A stretch of 64,000 nucleotides of DNA from Candidatus Anderseniibacteriota bacterium (lineage in GTDB: Bacteria > Patescibacteriota > Andersenbacteria > UBA10190). A model generated the notes under the pieces. It ran no database searches. It saw nothing but the letters and a program-made list of their open reading frames with translations, and had not been told where the DNA came from. Each line of letters opens with the position of its first letter. The first letter of the stretch is position 1. The stretch covers positions 64,586-128,585 of the forward strand of contig JBBDZC010000003.1 of NCBI GenBank assembly GCA_040900375.1, in the 5' to 3' direction. Made by a program: the position numbers and the translations under genes. This document shows positions 61,562-64,000 of this stretch, piece by piece.

Positions 61562-62299
61562 TTAGTTTTTCCCAGGTTGAGCTTTACTCGCCGCCAAATT
61601 TTGCGCCTTAAGGTACATAGTAAAGCTTTCTCCGGCATCTGCCCACCAGCCCTCTAAAATTGCGTGTTGTAGCTTGCCGGCCTGCAAATAGGCATTATTG
61701 ACATCAGTTACTTCAAGCTCACCGCGAGCCGAGGGTTGTAAATTTTTGATAATGTCAAAAACGTCGTGGTCATAAAGGTACAAGCCAATCACCGCTAAGC
61801 GAGAGGGTTCTTGCCCAGGCTGTGGCTTCTCGATAATGCGCCCGACTTTGTCACCCTGCATTTCGGCAATACCATACCATTCAGGGTGATCTACTTCCGT
61901 TAAAAATATTTTGGCGCCTACCGGATTATCAGCAAAAGCTTGGACCGGCTCCTTTACCGTCCGCTCTAAAATATTATCCCCAAGGAGGACTGCTACCGGC
62001 CCTTCATCAACAAAGTCTTCGGCTAATCCCATGGCCTGGGCAATACCACCCGCTTCTTCTTGAACTTCATACGTGAGCTTAACCTCATGTTTTTTGCCCG
62101 AGCCAAGCAGATTGAGAAAATGACCAGCATGATTCGGTCCCGAAATGATCAAAATATCAGTTATGCCCGCTTCACGCATAGTCTCAATCGACCAGAAAAT
62201 CATCGGCCGATCATAAACTGGCAATAAATGCTTATTGGTGACGTCTGTCAGTGGACGAAGCCGGGAGCCTGTTCCTCCGGCTAAAATAACTCCCTTCAT
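61562..62299 (-). CDS. sugar-1-phosphate nucleotidyltransferase (RmlA / glucose-1-phosphate thymidylyltransferase-like, short form)
   Basis: 245 aa. 'MKGVILAGGTGSRLRPLTDVTNKHLLPVYDRPMI' is the canonical G-G-x-G-T-R-L NTP_transferase N-terminus. Confidence 0.8.
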   Translation of the reverse strand: MKGVILAGGTGSRLRPLTDVTNKHLLPVYDRPMIFWSIETMREAGITDILIISGPNHAGHFLNLLGSGKKHEVKLTYEVQEEAGGIAQAMGLAEDFVDEGPVAVLLGDNILERTVKEPVQAFADNPVGAKIFLTEVDHPEWYGIAEMQGDKVGRIIEKPQPGQEPSRLAVIGLYLYDHDVFDIIKNLQPSARGELEVTDVNNAYLQAGKLQHAILEGWWADAGESFTMYLKAQNLAASKAQPGKN

Positions 62300-62370
62300 A
62301 AGATAATATTGCGGTTAAATCCCTCCTCATGCATATCGCTTTTTTAATGTAAATGCAACTTAGAGTACTA

Positions 62371-63348
62371 CTATTCCCCCAAGTGTTTATCCCTCTCAAG
62401 ATAGTTACCGACATAGTCCGCAACTGCCTCCTCGAGTGGCATAAAAGGAGTCGTAAAACCCGCCGCCTTAAGGGCCGTAATATCCGCCTGGGTAAAATAC
62501 TGGTAACCCGCCTTAAGATCCTCCGGCATCTCAACGTAAGTAATCGCCGGCGGTTTATGGAGAGTGGCAAAGAGTGCGCCGGCTACCTCATTCCAGGAAC
62601 GCGCGTTGCCCGTACCGACATTATACATCCCAGTGACGGCCACGTTGTCAAGAAAAAAGAGGGTCGCGGCGACAGCGTCTTTAATGTATAAAAAGTCGCG
62701 CTGCTGGCCGCCATCTGGGTAATCTGACCGATACGACCTAAACAATTCCATTACTCCTTTTTCCTTCACCAGATCATATTGCTTAGCAATCACGCTGCGC
62801 ATATGTTTTTTATGCTGTTCATTGGGCCCAAAGACATTAAAATACCGCAAACCCACTATCTGTTCGAGGTAGCCGGCATCACGGGCCCAGATATCAACAA
62901 GCAATTTTGACTGGCCATAGAGCGTCGTGGTCTTAAGCTTATCAAAAAGACTAGTCGCGTCGCTAAAACCCTGCTCGCCGCGACCATACGTTTGGCCGCT
63001 TGAGGCATAAATACATCGCACCGCGTGCTCGACACACCAGCGGATCACATCTTGCGTATATTCTACATTGAAAGTTTGCAATTTCTGCCAATCTGTTTCC
63101 GTCGTCGAGCTAATGGCTCCCATATGCAGAATCGCCTGAATCTGGCGCGCAGTAAATGCTCCTTTGCGTAAACGCTGATGAAAATCCTCAATGCTCAAGA
63201 GTTCCTTATACGTGCCCGAGCTGATATTACGCTCTTTGCGATTATCATCAATATTGTCGACCAGGAGAATGTTTTTTTCTCCTCGTTGGTTAAGCGCCCA
63301 TAGTAATGCACTACCAATAAATCCAGCCGCGCCGGTAATGATGATCAT
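62371..63348 (-). CDS. hldD: ADP-L-glycero-D-manno-heptose 6-epimerase
   Basis: 325 aa. 'MIIITGAAGFIGSALLWALNQRGEKNILLVDNIDDN...' and 'CIYASSGQTYG' parallel E. coli HldD/RfaD '[36 protein letters not shown]...' and 'FLYASSAATYG'. Confidence 0.8.
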   Translation of the reverse strand: MIIITGAAGFIGSALLWALNQRGEKNILLVDNIDDNRKERNISSGTYKELLSIEDFHQRLRKGAFTARQIQAILHMGAISSTTETDWQKLQTFNVEYTQDVIRWCVEHAVRCIYASSGQTYGRGEQGFSDATSLFDKLKTTTLYGQSKLLVDIWARDAGYLEQIVGLRYFNVFGPNEQHKKHMRSVIAKQYDLVKEKGVMELFRSYRSDYPDGGQQRDFLYIKDAVAATLFFLDNVAVTGMYNVGTGNARSWNEVAGALFATLHKPPAITYVEMPEDLKAGYQYFTQADITALKAAGFTTPFMPLEEAVADYVGNYLERDKHLGE

Positions 63349-63863
63349 GACGCCTTAATTTTATTAACTAAAGCCGAGGTTGAAAGAGCTGGCCGCCGGG
63401 ATACAACGTAACCTGCCGTGCCCACTGCCTGCATCGTGGGCCACTCCACCCACTGCTGGGGTTGCCCATATTCTTCCCCATTCACGTGGAGTGTTGGCTT
63501 AATTGTCTGTAGTAACGTACGGGGCACCTCGTCATAGGCAGCATCAATAATCACCACGTAGTCAACACACGCCAGCGCTGCCACGAGAGCAGCTCGTTCT
63601 TGCTCCGCAATGAAGGGCCGGCTTTGGCCTTTTTTTTCCCGGACAGAGCGATCAGAGTTCAAACCCACAAAGAGAATATCGCCTTGACTCTTGGCTTCAC
63701 CTAAAAAACTTAAGTGGCCGGCGTGGAGGATATCAAAAGAGCCATTGACTGTCACTAAACGCTGCCGCGCGCGCTTTAATTGCTCCGCTGTATCCCGAGC
63801 CTGTTCGCGGGTCAATATTTTATTAACGGGCCAGAAACTTGTGTCGGGAGGAAGGTCACTCAT
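63345..63863 (-). CDS. D-beta-D-heptose 1-phosphate adenylyltransferase (HldE domain II / RfaE-II-like cytidylyltransferase fold)
   Basis: 172 aa. '[47 protein letters not shown]' parallels HldE '[47 protein letters not shown]'. There is an ATGA overlap with hldD downstream and with the next upstream ORF. Confidence 0.75.
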   Translation of the reverse strand: [172 protein letters not shown]

Positions 63864-64000
63864 AACGTAACTATGTTATGAGCCGCTTCATATAAAGAGT
63901 CAACTACCAGTTCTGGCGCACTAGTCAGTCGCTCCTCCTGCCAATACGAGCTCCGAATGAGCGCCGTATGTGTTCCCAGGGCTTGACCAAAACCAAGATC
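63859..64000 (-). CDS. partial CDS (C-terminus only) translationally coupled to the adenylyltransferase; possibly the cognate heptose kinase or another heptose-pathway enzyme
   Basis: An open minus-strand frame with no stops from the window edge to TGA at 63861..63859 ('...DLGFGQALGTHTALIRSSYWQEERLTSAPELVVDSLYEAAHNIVTL*'). Its stop overlaps the downstream ATG. No family call is possible from 47 residues. Confidence 0.4.

Noticed and set aside
1-64000. Search for mobile elements, integrases, toxin-antitoxin or defence genes
   Set aside because: No ORF showed transposase DDE, tyrosine or serine recombinase, or nuclease hallmarks. Every sizeable ORF is accounted for by glycan biosynthesis families. 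The only mobility hint is the repeat pair at 36353 and 40044.

Overview
This window is a densely packed, mostly overlapping-operon locus for cell-envelope glycoconjugate biosynthesis. It reads as a bacterial genome at roughly 50% GC. Its lifestyle looks monoderm, Chloroflexi or CPR-like, but that cannot be settled from sequence alone. Almost every gene is glycan-related. There are about 11 GT4 family glycosyltransferases, 3 GT2 enzymes (two look like polyprenyl-phosphate sugar synthases) and 2 CgeB-like transferases. There is a Wzx-type flippase and four extended-SDR sugar epimerases/dehydratases. There are two AsnB-family amidotransferases, one FkbM and two class I SAM methyltransferases, an RmlA-like nucleotidyltransferase and HldD plus HldE-adenylyltransferase heptose genes. 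There is an inorganic pyrophosphatase. Most strikingly, there are 12 large polytopic membrane proteins of GT-C type (PMT/ArnT-like with a 'TADE(K/D)xW' loop motif, YfhO-like with 'WNPYTCGG', and others). Many of these carry a recurring soluble module of about 110 aa. Two sub-systems look novel in this context. The first is a full decaprenyl-phospho-arabinose-type pathway (DprE1 and DprE2 orthologs plus a HAD-phosphatase::UbiA phosphoribosyltransferase fusion) next to the GT-C array. The second is a five-gene module (cupin isomerase, fused nucleotidyltransferase/APH-type kinase, shikimate-dehydrogenase-like reductase, KdsC-like phosphatase, GatZ/KbaZ-like TIM-barrel aldolase/epimerase) that probably makes an unusual activated donor. 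A repeated intergenic element of about 180 bp, with conserved ends and a variable hairpin core, occurs twice as direct repeats bracketing a 3.7 kb, three-gene segment that includes a pilin-like gene. I found no rRNA, tRNA, CRISPR, transposase or integrase.
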